Positions 28,511-38,477 of a stretch of 64,000 nucleotides of DNA are shown piece by piece; position 1 is the first letter of the stretch; every line of letters begins with the position of its first letter. Source of the DNA: a bacterium (GTDB taxonomy: Bacteria; Zhuqueibacterota; Zhuqueibacteria; Residuimicrobiales; Krinioviventaceae). The stretch lies in contig CAXXFV010000029.1 of NCBI GenBank assembly GCA_963674595.2, positions 167,312 through 231,311 on the forward strand, written 5' to 3'. The notes under the pieces were generated by a model. It was not told the DNA's origin. It saw only the letters and a program-made list of their open reading frames with translations, and made no database searches. Made by a program: the position numbers and the translations under genes.

Positions 28511-29371
28511 ATGTTAATAAATAATAATTTTACACGCCGTACGTTTTTTCAGCTAAGCGCAACAGCCCTGTCGGGAATGTGTTTCGCAGGTGTTAATTGC
28601 TGTAAAAAAGAGACCGCCAAAACAACTATTCCAATCGGTATGCAGCTCTATTGTGTGCGCCATGAATGCCAGGAAGACCTGCCCGGCACCATTGCTAAAG
28701 TAGCCCAAATGGGTTACCAGGGCGTTGAATTTGCCGATTATTTTGGATATTCCGCACCGGAACTGCGAAAAATGCTGGATGATAACAATCTGCAATGCTG
28801 TGGAACGCATATTCTTATCGAGACGTTGCAGGGCGATGAGCTGGAAAAGACCATCGAATTTAATAAAATACTCGGCAACAAGTATCTCATTGTTCGTTCA
28901 CTGGATCATAATGTCTATAACTCAAAAGAAAAATGGATTGAGGTATCCGGAATTTTCAACACTATTGCAGAAAAAGTAAAACCGCACGGTATGAAAGTGG
29001 GCTATCACAATCACGGTTACGAGTATAACGCCATTGACGGAGAAATTCCCTGGGATATTTTTGCGGACAATACCAGTAAGGACGTTATCATGCAGTTGGA
29101 TACCGGCAACTGCTCCAATGCAGGCGCTGACGCGCTGCATTACCTGAAACGAAATCCGGGCCGGACAGCCACCTGCCATTTAAAACCCTATTCCACAACC
29201 CATGAAAATGCCATTATCGGCGAAGACGAACTGGACTGGAAAGAGATTATAAAAACCTGTGAAACGACAGCCGGTGTCGAATGGTATATTATTGAATATG
29301 AGAAAAAAGGTATAGAGCCGCTGCAAGCCATGAAAATGAATCTTGAAAATTTTAAGAAACTGCTGGGCTGA
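28511..29371 (+). CDS. Xylose-isomerase-like TIM-barrel protein (sugar phosphate isomerase/epimerase) with Tat-type signal
   Basis: The start was trimmed to MLINNNFTRRTFFQLSATALSG, a twin-arginine-like signal. GYQGVEF ... GYHNHGYE pattern. Confidence 0.65.
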   Translation: MLINNNFTRRTFFQLSATALSGMCFAGVNCCKKETAKTTIPIGMQLYCVRHECQEDLPGTIAKVAQMGYQGVEFADYFGYSAPELRKMLDDNNLQCCGTHILIETLQGDELEKTIEFNKILGNKYLIVRSLDHNVYNSKEKWIEVSGIFNTIAEKVKPHGMKVGYHNHGYEYNAIDGEIPWDIFADNTSKDVIMQLDTGNCSNAGADALHYLKRNPGRTATCHLKPYSTTHENAIIGEDELDWKEIIKTCETTAGVEWYIIEYEKKGIEPLQAMKMNLENFKKLLG

Positions 29372-29459
29372 TAATCGGATATTCCCTGTTTGCACCGGGA
29401 TACCTTTCCGGTGCAAATGGACCCTGCTTTTTCACATGGTATAAATCCAGGAGCGAAAA

Positions 29460-30992
29460 TTGAAAAAAATTTTAATAACGGTCGTATTGTCCCTGTTTGT
29501 TTATCTGTCATGTCAAAACCTTAAACCTTATAAAGGCAATAATGTTGTCTTTATTTCGGAAAAAGACACGGCAAAAGACATTATTCACAAAGCAGCAAAC
29601 GTAACACCGGCGCCAAGACAGGTGGCGTGGCAGGAAATGGAATTTACCGCGTTTATTCACTTTACGGTAAATACGTTTACCGACGAAGAGTGGGGCCACG
29701 GTGACGAAGATCCGCAAATTTTTAATCCCACGGAACTGGATGCCCGGCAATGGGCACAGGTGTGTAAACAAGCCGGTATGAAAATGATCATTTTAACCGC
29801 CAAACATCATGACGGATTTTGTTTATGGCCGAGTAAGTTTACCGAGCATTCCGTTAAAAACAGTCCATGGAAAAATGGTCAGGGCGATGTGGTCCGCGAT
29901 GTTGCAGATGCCTGTAAAGAGTTTGGACTAAAATTCGGCGTTTACCTGTCTCCCTGGGACCGTCATGAGCCGACTTATGGCGATTCACCCAGGTATAATG
30001 AATATTTTAGAAACCAGCTCACCGAATTGCTGACAAATTATGGCCGGGTGGATGAAGTGTGGTTTGACGGCGCTTGCGGTGAAGGTCCGAACGGGAAACG
30101 GCAGGTCTATGATTTTCAAAGCTATTACAGCCTGATTCGAAAATTGCAGCCGCAGGCCGTTATTGCTATTGCCGGTCCGGATGTGCGCTGGGTGGGAACA
30201 GAAGCCGGTTACGGCCGGACAACAGAGTGGAGCGTTTTACCGGCGCAGTTAAGAAACCCTGATAAAGTTGCAGCAGAATCACAGCAGAATGTTAATTTTA
30301 AACCCATGGGAAATTCTAAAGATGCCGACCTTGGCAGCCGTGACAAAATCATGGACGCCAAAACACTGATCTGGTTTCCCAGCGAGGTGGATGTGTCGAT
30401 CCGGCCGGGATGGTTTTATCACGCTGCTGAGGACAGCCTGGTCAAGTCACCGGAAAAACTGGTGGATATTTATTTCAGTTCAGTGGGCAGAAATTCTTTG
30501 CTGCTGCTGAACATCCCCCCGGACCGCCGCGGTCTGATTAATGAAAACGACGTTAAAAGTTTACAGGGTATGCGTAAAATTCTGGATATGACTTTTGCAG
30601 AAAACCTGGCCGCAGGAGCGAAAGTATCAGCAAGTTCAGTTTTAAAAGGCCACCAGCCAAACAAAACCATTGACGAAAACTATGACACCTATTGGCAGGC
30701 GGCTGAAAATGAATCCAGCGCCGCGCTTGAATTTGATCTGGGCAGTGAAAAAGTTTTTGACCGCTTGATGCTGCAGGAACAGATCCGTGCAGGACAGCGC
30801 ATTGAAAAATTTTCTCTTCAGGCGCAGATCGATCAGCAATGGCAGACAGTAGCCGGGGGCACAACCGTGGGTTATAAAAGACTGCTGCGGTTTCCGGCCG
30901 TCAAATCCGCCAAAGTGCGGCTGGTTATTGAAGAATCACGCACCACACCGACTATAGCCGAATTCGGTTTGTTTAAAGGGCCGCAAGAGTAA
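29460..30992 (+). CDS. Alpha-L-fucosidase (GH29) with C-terminal F5/8-type-C-like domain
   Basis: 510 aa with a signal peptide. ILTAKHHDGFCLWPSKFT and GVYLSPWD are GH29 hallmarks. TTG start. Confidence 0.8.
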   Translation: MKKILITVVLSLFVYLSCQNLKPYKGNNVVFISEKDTAKDIIHKAANVTPAPRQVAWQEMEFTAFIHFTVNTFTDEEWGHGDEDPQIFNPTELDARQWAQVCKQAGMKMIILTAKHHDGFCLWPSKFTEHSVKNSPWKNGQGDVVRDVADACKEFGLKFGVYLSPWDRHEPTYGDSPRYNEYFRNQLTELLTNYGRVDEVWFDGACGEGPNGKRQVYDFQSYYSLIRKLQPQAVIAIAGPDVRWVGTEAGYGRTTEWSVLPAQLRNPDKVAAESQQNVNFKPMGNSKDADLGSRDKIMDAKTLIWFPSEVDVSIRPGWFYHAAEDSLVKSPEKLVDIYFSSVGRNSLLLLNIPPDRRGLINENDVKSLQGMRKILDMTFAENLAAGAKVSASSVLKGHQPNKTIDENYDTYWQAAENESSAALEFDLGSEKVFDRLMLQEQIRAGQRIEKFSLQAQIDQQWQTVAGGTTVGYKRLLRFPAVKSAKVRLVIEESRTTPTIAEFGLFKGPQE

Positions 30993-31210
30993 ACATTGAA
31001 AACCAGGTGCTGTTTTTATAAGCAGCATACCGGGGGATTGTTTTCATATCTAAAAAATCAGATCAGCCGATTTTTTTCTGCCTTGTCTGATTTTATTTTT
31101 TGACCTGCCTTATATTTTTTGTATTTTATACAATCATCTGATGTATTACTTTGCCCGCAAAAAGAGCAATCAACTCTACCCAAAATATAAAAAGTGAGAT
31201 TAATCTTCCT

Positions 31211-32347
31211 ATGAAATTTGATTTTGACAAGATTATAGACCGAAGGGGTACCAACAGCCTTAAATGGGAGGTTTACAAAAACCGGGACATTTTGCCCTTA
31301 TGGGTGGCGGACATGGATTTTGAATCACCGCCCGCCGTCATGTCGGCGCTAAAAGAACGTATTGAGCACGGTGTTTTCGGCTATACGCTGGCCCCGATGC
31401 AATTAACGGAAACAGTTGTCGAGAGAATGGAAAATTTATACCAGTGGCGCATCCAGCCTGAATGGATTATCTGGCTGCCCGGATTGGTTACGGGCATCAA
31501 TGTTGCCTGCCGGACCGTGGGCAATAAAGGCGACGGTGTTGTCACCAACGTGCCTGTTTATCCGCCGTTTCTGTCCGCACCGGTATTTGCAGACAAACAA
31601 CTGATCACGTTTCCCGTGCAAAAAAACAATCAAAAATGGGAATTTGATTTTTCAGCATTTGAAAAGGCTGTAACAAAAGGAGCAAAACTTTTCCTGCTTT
31701 GCAGCCCGCACAATCCCCTGGGACGTATTTTTTCACATGACGAATTGCATCAAATTTGTTCTATCTGTGATAAACATGATGTTATTATCTGTTCCGATGA
31801 GATTCACTGTGAACTGCTGCTGGACGAACATAAAAAACACATTCCCACAGCCGCTTTGAATCCCAATATCTCCCAACGGACCATCACACTCATGGCGCCT
31901 AGTAAAACCTTTAATATTCCGGGAATGGGGCTCTCTTTTGCCATTATCGAAAACCCGGAACTGCGGAAAAAGTTTGAACAGGCCATGGCCGGTATTGTAC
32001 CGCATGTTAATGCGTTGGGCTACACCGCAGCGCTGGCCGCCTATTTACACGGAAAAGAGTGGAAAAAATCTTTATTGAATTATTTGCAGGGAAATCACGA
32101 TCTTGTGCTGCAAAGGATAAACCAAATGCCCGGACTGGATACCACACCGGTTGAGGCCACCTATCTTTCATGGATCGACGCCCGGGAAACCGGCATTGAA
32201 AATCCCCATACCTTTTTCGAACAAGCAGGTGTGGGCCTTTCCAACGGCAAAGAGTTCGGCGCTGAAGGATTTGTACGCCTTAATTTCGGCTGTTCCCGGC
32301 ACACACTTTTACAGGCCCTTGAACGTATGGAAAAGGCGTTAACCTGA
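31211..32347 (+). CDS. PatB/MalY-type PLP-dependent C-S lyase (cystathionine beta-lyase-like aminotransferase)
   Basis: The trimmed start gives MKFDFDKIIDRRGTNSLKWE, the classic MalY/PatB N-terminus. A SKTFN lysine motif is present. Confidence 0.8.
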   Translation: MKFDFDKIIDRRGTNSLKWEVYKNRDILPLWVADMDFESPPAVMSALKERIEHGVFGYTLAPMQLTETVVERMENLYQWRIQPEWIIWLPGLVTGINVACRTVGNKGDGVVTNVPVYPPFLSAPVFADKQLITFPVQKNNQKWEFDFSAFEKAVTKGAKLFLLCSPHNPLGRIFSHDELHQICSICDKHDVIICSDEIHCELLLDEHKKHIPTAALNPNISQRTITLMAPSKTFNIPGMGLSFAIIENPELRKKFEQAMAGIVPHVNALGYTAALAAYLHGKEWKKSLLNYLQGNHDLVLQRINQMPGLDTTPVEATYLSWIDARETGIENPHTFFEQAGVGLSNGKEFGAEGFVRLNFGCSRHTLLQALERMEKALT

Positions 32348-32472
32348 TTTTTAAAAACAGTTAATCAACATGAAACACGATTCTTGTCGTTACCAAAATG
32401 TTATTTCTACACACTTTAACAGAACCGGTAAAATATAAAATCCATATCAGGTACTTTTATTGAACGCAAAAA

Positions 32473-33033
32473 GTGTATTGTAATACGAATAATAAAATGG
32501 AAATTGCAAAACGAACAAAAAGCAATATGAATAGTTTATTCCGTCTTGTAAAAATCGAGCTGATACAGACGATCGGCATATCGACAATGCTGACCGGGTC
32601 TCAACAAAAAAATTTTACCATCATTTCAGGACTGTGGAAACAGTTTAATGCTGAAATCCATAAAATAAAAAACAGGGGTTTAACTAAAGACAATTGGGAA
32701 AAATTTGGGATAACCTATACACAACATCACGAATATTTTTATGCAGCAACCATACAATACACGCCTGATATGATTCCCCCCAAATCAATGATACGTAAAG
32801 ACATTGTTCAGGGACAATATGCGTGTTTTGTCCATACCGGAAACTTTAACAAAATAAAATCAACGATTTATAACATTTATAAAAATATTTTACCGGAAAA
32901 CAACCTGATACCGGATAAAACAAAACTGATTTATTTTGAAAAATACGACAACAGATTTCATTGGAACAAACCAGGCTCTGTGATTGAGATATTTGTACCC
33001 ATAAAAACCGGTATCTCCTCTTCCCTGTCGTAA
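32473..33033 (+). CDS. GyrI-like / AraC-effector-binding-domain small-molecule binding protein
   Basis: The C-terminal half (YACFVHTGNFNKIKSTIYNIY...EIFVPI) fits the GyrI-like fold. Start codon is uncertain. Confidence 0.55.
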   Translation: MYCNTNNKMEIAKRTKSNMNSLFRLVKIELIQTIGISTMLTGSQQKNFTIISGLWKQFNAEIHKIKNRGLTKDNWEKFGITYTQHHEYFYAATIQYTPDMIPPKSMIRKDIVQGQYACFVHTGNFNKIKSTIYNIYKNILPENNLIPDKTKLIYFEKYDNRFHWNKPGSVIEIFVPIKTGISSSLS

Positions 33034-33059
33034 GAACCTCATCAGATAAGGAGCGAACA

Positions 33060-34459
33060 TTGAAAAACACATCCTATAACATGAAATATATCTGGCAGAT
33101 CAGTCTCGTCGCCGCTATGGGCGGTTTGCTGTTTGGTTACGACTGGGTTGTTATCGGCGGCGCCAAACCTTTTTACGAAAAATTCTTCAACTTAACAACG
33201 CCCTTTCAAATCGGCTGGGCCATGAGCAGCGCCCTGGCCGGTTGTTTGCTCGGTGCGGTGACCGCCGGAGGCCTGAGTGACAAATTCGGACGGAAAAAAC
33301 TTTTAATCTCGGCAGGATTTCTGTTTCCCTGTCTGCCGTCGGAACGGCCCTGACACAGACTTATAATTTATTCATCATCTACCGGCTCATCGGCGGAGTC
33401 GGAATCGGCATTGCCTCCACCCTCTCCCCCATGTATATTGCCGAAATTTCTCCGGCACAAATCAGGGGACGGTTTGTTTCCATTAATCAACTGACGATTG
33501 TTATCGGTATTTTGGCGGCACAGATCATAAACTGGCTGATTGCCGACCCGGTCCCTGAAAACGCATCGGCGGCGTTCATCCTCAGTTCCTGGAACGGACA
33601 ATTTGGCTGGCGCTGGATGTTTGGCGCTGAAACGGTTCCGGCAATGTTATTTTTTATACTCATGTTCTTTATCCCCGAAAGTCCGCGCTGGCTGGTCAAA
33701 AACGCCAAAAATGACAACGCGGCACACATCCTGACCAAAATAGGCGGGCCATCCTATGCCGACCATTCTCTGGCTGATATTAATGAAACACTGACCCGGG
33801 AAACTCATAAAGTCGATCTTAAAAACCTGTTCAAACCCGGCATGACAAAAATTCTGGGTATCGGTATCTTTTTGGCCGTGTTTCAGCAGTGGTGCGGTAT
33901 CAATGTCATTTTCAATTACGCTGAAGAGATATTTTCACAGGCCGGTTACGGTGTCAGCGATATTCTGCTAAATATTGTCATTACCGGGGCCGTGAATTTG
34001 ATTTTTACCTTTGTCGCAATTTTTACCGTGGACCGCTGGGGCCGACGCGCCCTGATGCTGACCGGTTCTGTGGGTTTGGCTGTAATTTATCTGTTAATCG
34101 GATTTGGTTATTTTCTCGGCAGTCAGGGTATTCACATGCTGATACTGGTAGTAACGGCTATTGCCTGTTATGCCATGTCGCTGGCACCCATTACCTGGGT
34201 GATTATTTCTGAAATTTTCCCGAACCGGATCAGGGGAGCGGCCATGTCCATCGCCGTTTCAGCCCTGTGGATTGCCTGTTTTATTTTAACAAGCACGTTT
34301 CCCTTTTTAAATAAAACCCTTGGCGCTTCCGGCACTTTCTGGATATATGCGGTGATTTGTGTGATCGGATTTGTGTTTATCAAAACACAATTACCGGAAA
34401 CAAAAGGCAAAACACTGGAACAGATAGAACACGAATTGGTCAAACAGAATAATCAATAA
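33060..34459 (+). pseudogene. MFS sugar porter (XylE/AraE-like), interrupted by one frameshift near 33327-33331
   Basis: ORFs 33060..33353 and 33431..34459 are two halves of one transporter. The second frame already reads SAVGTALTQTYNLFIIYRLIGGVGIGIASTLSPMYIAEISP from 33332, directly continuing ...LLISAGFLF of the first frame. Confidence 0.8.
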
Positions 34460-34605
34460 TACTCAAATAATTTCATGACAAAGGTGTCATTTAAAAAGTA
34501 AATAATTATGTAATTTTTTACAAGAAATGATTATAATATACGCATCAACTTTTTAGTATTATTTTTGGAATCTCAAATACGCAAAACAATACAAGAGAGA
34601 ACACC

Positions 34606-36483
34606 ATGAAAAGCTTTATTAAATCTTTTACACTCGTACTTATTCTACTGACAAGCAGCATAGCACAAGAAAATAAAACCAACCTGCCGGACCATCCCAG
34701 AATCATGTGGCAGGCAGATCAGGAAGCGGTGATTAAACAAAAATTATCCCAAAACAAAACGCTGAATGGTTTGCATAATATAATCATGGAACAAGCCGAC
34801 AATTTAATTGCCACAGATGAGGTCGAACGGATAAAAACCGGGCGTAGATTGCTGGCTGTTTCGCGGAAATGTTTAAAGCGTGTTATAACACTTTCCTATG
34901 CCTACAGAATGACGCAGGATGAAAAATATCTTAAAAAAGCAGAGGCAGAAATGCTGGCAGCGTCCGCTTTTTCAGATTGGAATCCATCCCATTTTCTGGA
35001 TGTGGCGGAAATGACCATGGCCCTGGCTATTGGTTATGACTGGCTTTATAACAATCTCAGTGAACAATCTCGTAACACTATTAAAAAAGCTATTTTAAAC
35101 AAGGGCCTGCTGCCGTCATTAAGCGGTAATGAAGAATATGTCTGGTGGCTGGATATTTCGCACAACTGGAACCAGGTCTGTAATGCCGGTATGGTTTATG
35201 GCGCTTTGGCGATTTATGAAGACGAACCGGAAACAGCAAACCGGATTATTGATCGGGCAAAACAAACAATAGGCCTGGCGCAGGAAGAGTATGAACCGGA
35301 TGGCGCCTATCCGGAAGGGCCCACCTATTGGAGCTATGGCACGACATTCAACCTGATGCTGATCGATGCGTATTATTCTCTCTGGCCCGATAAAAACGAC
35401 CTGGTTATAGGAGACGGGTTCTTAAAAACAGGTGAATATGTTTTGCATGCTCACGGTCCGGTTGGAAGTTATAATTATTCAGACGGCGGGATCTATCACA
35501 ATTTTTTACCAGCCATGTTCTGGTTTTCTGCCCGGACACATGATCCTGAGATTTTATGGAACCAAAAATTACCTATAGAAAAAATATTTAATGATGAGGG
35601 AAGTCAGGTATTAAGACAAAGTTTAAGATTTTTACCACTAGCTGTTTTGTGGGCTAGCCGGGTGGAAACGTTTCAATTTACACTGCCAACATCAACATCA
35701 TGGGTGGGACACGGTTCTAATCCGGTTGGTTTTCACCGGACATCCTGGGATGATGACGCATTATTTATCGGTATAAAAGGCGGCGCGCCGGTTAATAATC
35801 ACGGTCACATGGATGTAGGTTCGTTTATTATGGACGCTCAGGGTGTGCGCTGGGTAAAGGACCTGGGCGCGCATGGTTATCACAAGCTGGAAGCTCAGGG
35901 CATTGACCTGTGGAATAAAGCACAAGACAGCCAACGCTGGCAAATTTTTCGTTACAACAATTCATCTCACTCAACGCTGGTCGTTAATGGAAAAGATCAA
36001 AAGGTTGAAGCAAAGGGTGATATAGTCAAACATTCCGGGGAAAATATGGATTTTAAATATACCATCGTCGACATGACGCCGGTTTACGAAGGTCAACTGG
36101 CCCGGGCAACTCGCGGTATTGCGCTTGTGGATTCGAAATATGTTATGGTCCGTGATGAAATTGCCAATGTGGATTCCTCAGGTCAGGTCAGATGGGCCAT
36201 AACAACATTTGATAGTGTTGAAATAACAGATAATCGTACGGCGGTTATTCGCCGGGACGGCAAATCGATGACGGTACGGATCGTCCAGCCGGAAAACGCA
36301 AAAATAGAAACCTTTTCAACCGATCCGCAAAATGATTTTGAGGACAAAAATCCGGGCACCATTATGGTCGGATTTAAAACAGATTTGGCGCCCAATGAAA
36401 AAACAAATCTGATTGTTCAGCTCTGTCCGCAAGGGGCTGGTTTAAAAGATCAGGTTAGTTTGAAAAAACTGGCAGAATGGTAA
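34606..36483 (+). CDS. Heparinase II/III-like polysaccharide lyase family protein
   Basis: 625 aa with a signal peptide. NNHGHMDVGSFIMDAQGVRW matches the heparinase II/III C-terminal motif. Confidence 0.7.
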   Translation: MKSFIKSFTLVLILLTSSIAQENKTNLPDHPRIMWQADQEAVIKQKLSQNKTLNGLHNIIMEQADNLIATDEVERIKTGRRLLAVSRKCLKRVITLSYAYRMTQDEKYLKKAEAEMLAASAFSDWNPSHFLDVAEMTMALAIGYDWLYNNLSEQSRNTIKKAILNKGLLPSLSGNEEYVWWLDISHNWNQVCNAGMVYGALAIYEDEPETANRIIDRAKQTIGLAQEEYEPDGAYPEGPTYWSYGTTFNLMLIDAYYSLWPDKNDLVIGDGFLKTGEYVLHAHGPVGSYNYSDGGIYHNFLPAMFWFSARTHDPEILWNQKLPIEKIFNDEGSQVLRQSLRFLPLAVLWASRVETFQFTLPTSTSWVGHGSNPVGFHRTSWDDDALFIGIKGGAPVNNHGHMDVGSFIMDAQGVRWVKDLGAHGYHKLEAQGIDLWNKAQDSQRWQIFRYNNSSHSTLVVNGKDQKVEAKGDIVKHSGENMDFKYTIVDMTPVYEGQLARATRGIALVDSKYVMVRDEIANVDSSGQVRWAITTFDSVEITDNRTAVIRRDGKSMTVRIVQPENAKIETFSTDPQNDFEDKNPGTIMVGFKTDLAPNEKTNLIVQLCPQGAGLKDQVSLKKLAEW

Positions 36484-36555
36484 AGCAGGATTTTTTAACA
36501 ATTTCTGTGTCACAATTATCAATAGTTCGGATAGAACCAGATACCAGGTAAAGAA

Positions 36556-38361
36556 ATGAAAAAAAATTTCAACATTAAAATAATTTTATTTTCTCTGATC
36601 TTTTTGTTTTCATATTCTTTAAAGGCAAACGACATGATGAAACCTATATGCACCAGCAAAATCAACGTCGGCGGAGAAATCGGCCGACGCATCAATATAA
36701 CCATCAATAATAATTTACTGGCCGCAGATATCGATAACGATTTCCTCAAACCCTTTCAGCAAAAAAAGGACGATGACGGCTATGTCGGTCTGGGTAAAAC
36801 CATTGATGCGGCTGTTAGACTGGCGATTTATTCCGGCGATGATAACGTAATCAAACTCAAACAACATTTGGTTGACGAAACCATCAAAGCGCAGTTAAAC
36901 GATGGTTATCCGGGCAAATTAAAATCAGATAACCGTATGTGGGTGTTTTGGGATATCCACGAAATGTCCTATATCATTTACGGACTGGTAAGTGACTATA
37001 TCTTTTTCAATGAAAAAAAATCTTTGCAGGCCGCCCAAGAAGCAGCGGATTATATTATAAACCATTGGTCCGACATGCCAAAAAACTGGCCGGAAAATAC
37101 ACAAAGAATTATGCCGACAACCGGTATTGATCGTGCTTTTTTGGCCCTTTCAAAAGCTACCGGTAACAACCGTTATCAGGATTTTCTCATCAATCAACTG
37201 GATTTAACGGATTGGGACCTGGACATTGTTGAAGGAAGAAGCAAAGGTTTTAAAGGTCATGCCTATGTATTCATGGCAGTTGCCCTGGCCCAGGCGGAAT
37301 TGTATCGTGAACTGGCTGACGAAAAACTATTGTCCCAGGCAAATAAAGTGATTGATTTTATCACCAAACAGGACGGCTTGTTGATCAACGGTGCGGTCGG
37401 TTATCAGGAATGCTGGCACAGCAGCCAGATCGGTTTTTTCAAACTGGGCGAGACCTGCGCCACGGCCTATCTCATTCGCACGCTGGACAACCTGCTCAGG
37501 CTGAACGGGAACTCTCTATACGGCGATTTGATGGAACGAAGCATTTACAACGCGCTTTTTGCCGCCCAGTCACCGGACGGCGGTAAACTGCGTTATTATG
37601 TTCCTTTTGAAGGAGAACGCATATACTTTGATCTTGATACCTACTGCTGCCCCTGTAATTTCCGCCGGATTATTGCCGAACTGCCGGGCATGGTTTATTA
37701 TCAATCAGAAGGCGGTGTTGCGGTGAATTTGTATACGGAATCCCGGGCGGACTTTAATCTGGGCAATAATATTAACCTGAACATTAAACAGGAAACCGAT
37801 TATCCGAATTCGGGCGAATCAGTTTTTACGTTAACGCTGAACAAATCCGTACAATTTCCGTTAAAATTCCGTATTCCCCGCTGGTGTGATCAGGGAGCCC
37901 AGTTGACAGTTAATAATGAACCTGTTTTGAAAAACATCACGTCCGGCTCGTTTTTTACGGTTGACAGAATTTGGAATTCCGGCGATATAATTAAACTGGA
38001 ACTGCCCATGACCTGGCGCATTGTCAACGGACGAAAAGCACAATCCGGCAAAGCAGCGGTTATGCGGGGTCCGGTTTTGTTTACGCTGAACCCGGCGTTA
38101 AATAAAAACATAAGCCCTGAAAATATACGCCTGCTGCGTATCGATCCGGAATCGGTAACCGGACCGTTCAGCGATTCAACCCTGCGGCCAAATGGGATGG
38201 CCTGTCGTGTAAAAGCATGGGATCCGAACGAATATTCAAGCACACCGAACCTGGAACTTTTGCTGACCGAGTTCCCGGACCCGGACGGCCTTTCTTCTTA
38301 CTTTATACTGCCCGACCCAAAGTCGAAGGTGCTTGTTGACGACGAGCTTTTAGTTAAATGA
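36556..38361 (+). CDS. GH127 beta-L-arabinofuranosidase-like protein (DUF1680)
   Basis: 601 aa with a signal peptide. The Cys-rich catalytic/Zn motifs GETCATAY and YCCPCNFRR are typical of GH127. Confidence 0.75.
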   Translation: MKKNFNIKIILFSLIFLFSYSLKANDMMKPICTSKINVGGEIGRRINITINNNLLAADIDNDFLKPFQQKKDDDGYVGLGKTIDAAVRLAIYSGDDNVIKLKQHLVDETIKAQLNDGYPGKLKSDNRMWVFWDIHEMSYIIYGLVSDYIFFNEKKSLQAAQEAADYIINHWSDMPKNWPENTQRIMPTTGIDRAFLALSKATGNNRYQDFLINQLDLTDWDLDIVEGRSKGFKGHAYVFMAVALAQAELYRELADEKLLSQANKVIDFITKQDGLLINGAVGYQECWHSSQIGFFKLGETCATAYLIRTLDNLLRLNGNSLYGDLMERSIYNALFAAQSPDGGKLRYYVPFEGERIYFDLDTYCCPCNFRRIIAELPGMVYYQSEGGVAVNLYTESRADFNLGNNINLNIKQETDYPNSGESVFTLTLNKSVQFPLKFRIPRWCDQGAQLTVNNEPVLKNITSGSFFTVDRIWNSGDIIKLELPMTWRIVNGRKAQSGKAAVMRGPVLFTLNPALNKNISPENIRLLRIDPESVTGPFSDSTLRPNGMACRVKAWDPNEYSSTPNLELLLTEFPDPDGLSSYFILPDPKSKVLVDDELLVK

Positions 38362-38477
38362 TTAATTGGGGTGAGTTGAAAAAATATCCATCAAACTGAA
38401 ACACATTCAATAATCATCCGTAATAACAACAGACATTTCAAATCATAATCCACATATTCATTCGAAAAGGTCTGCTT

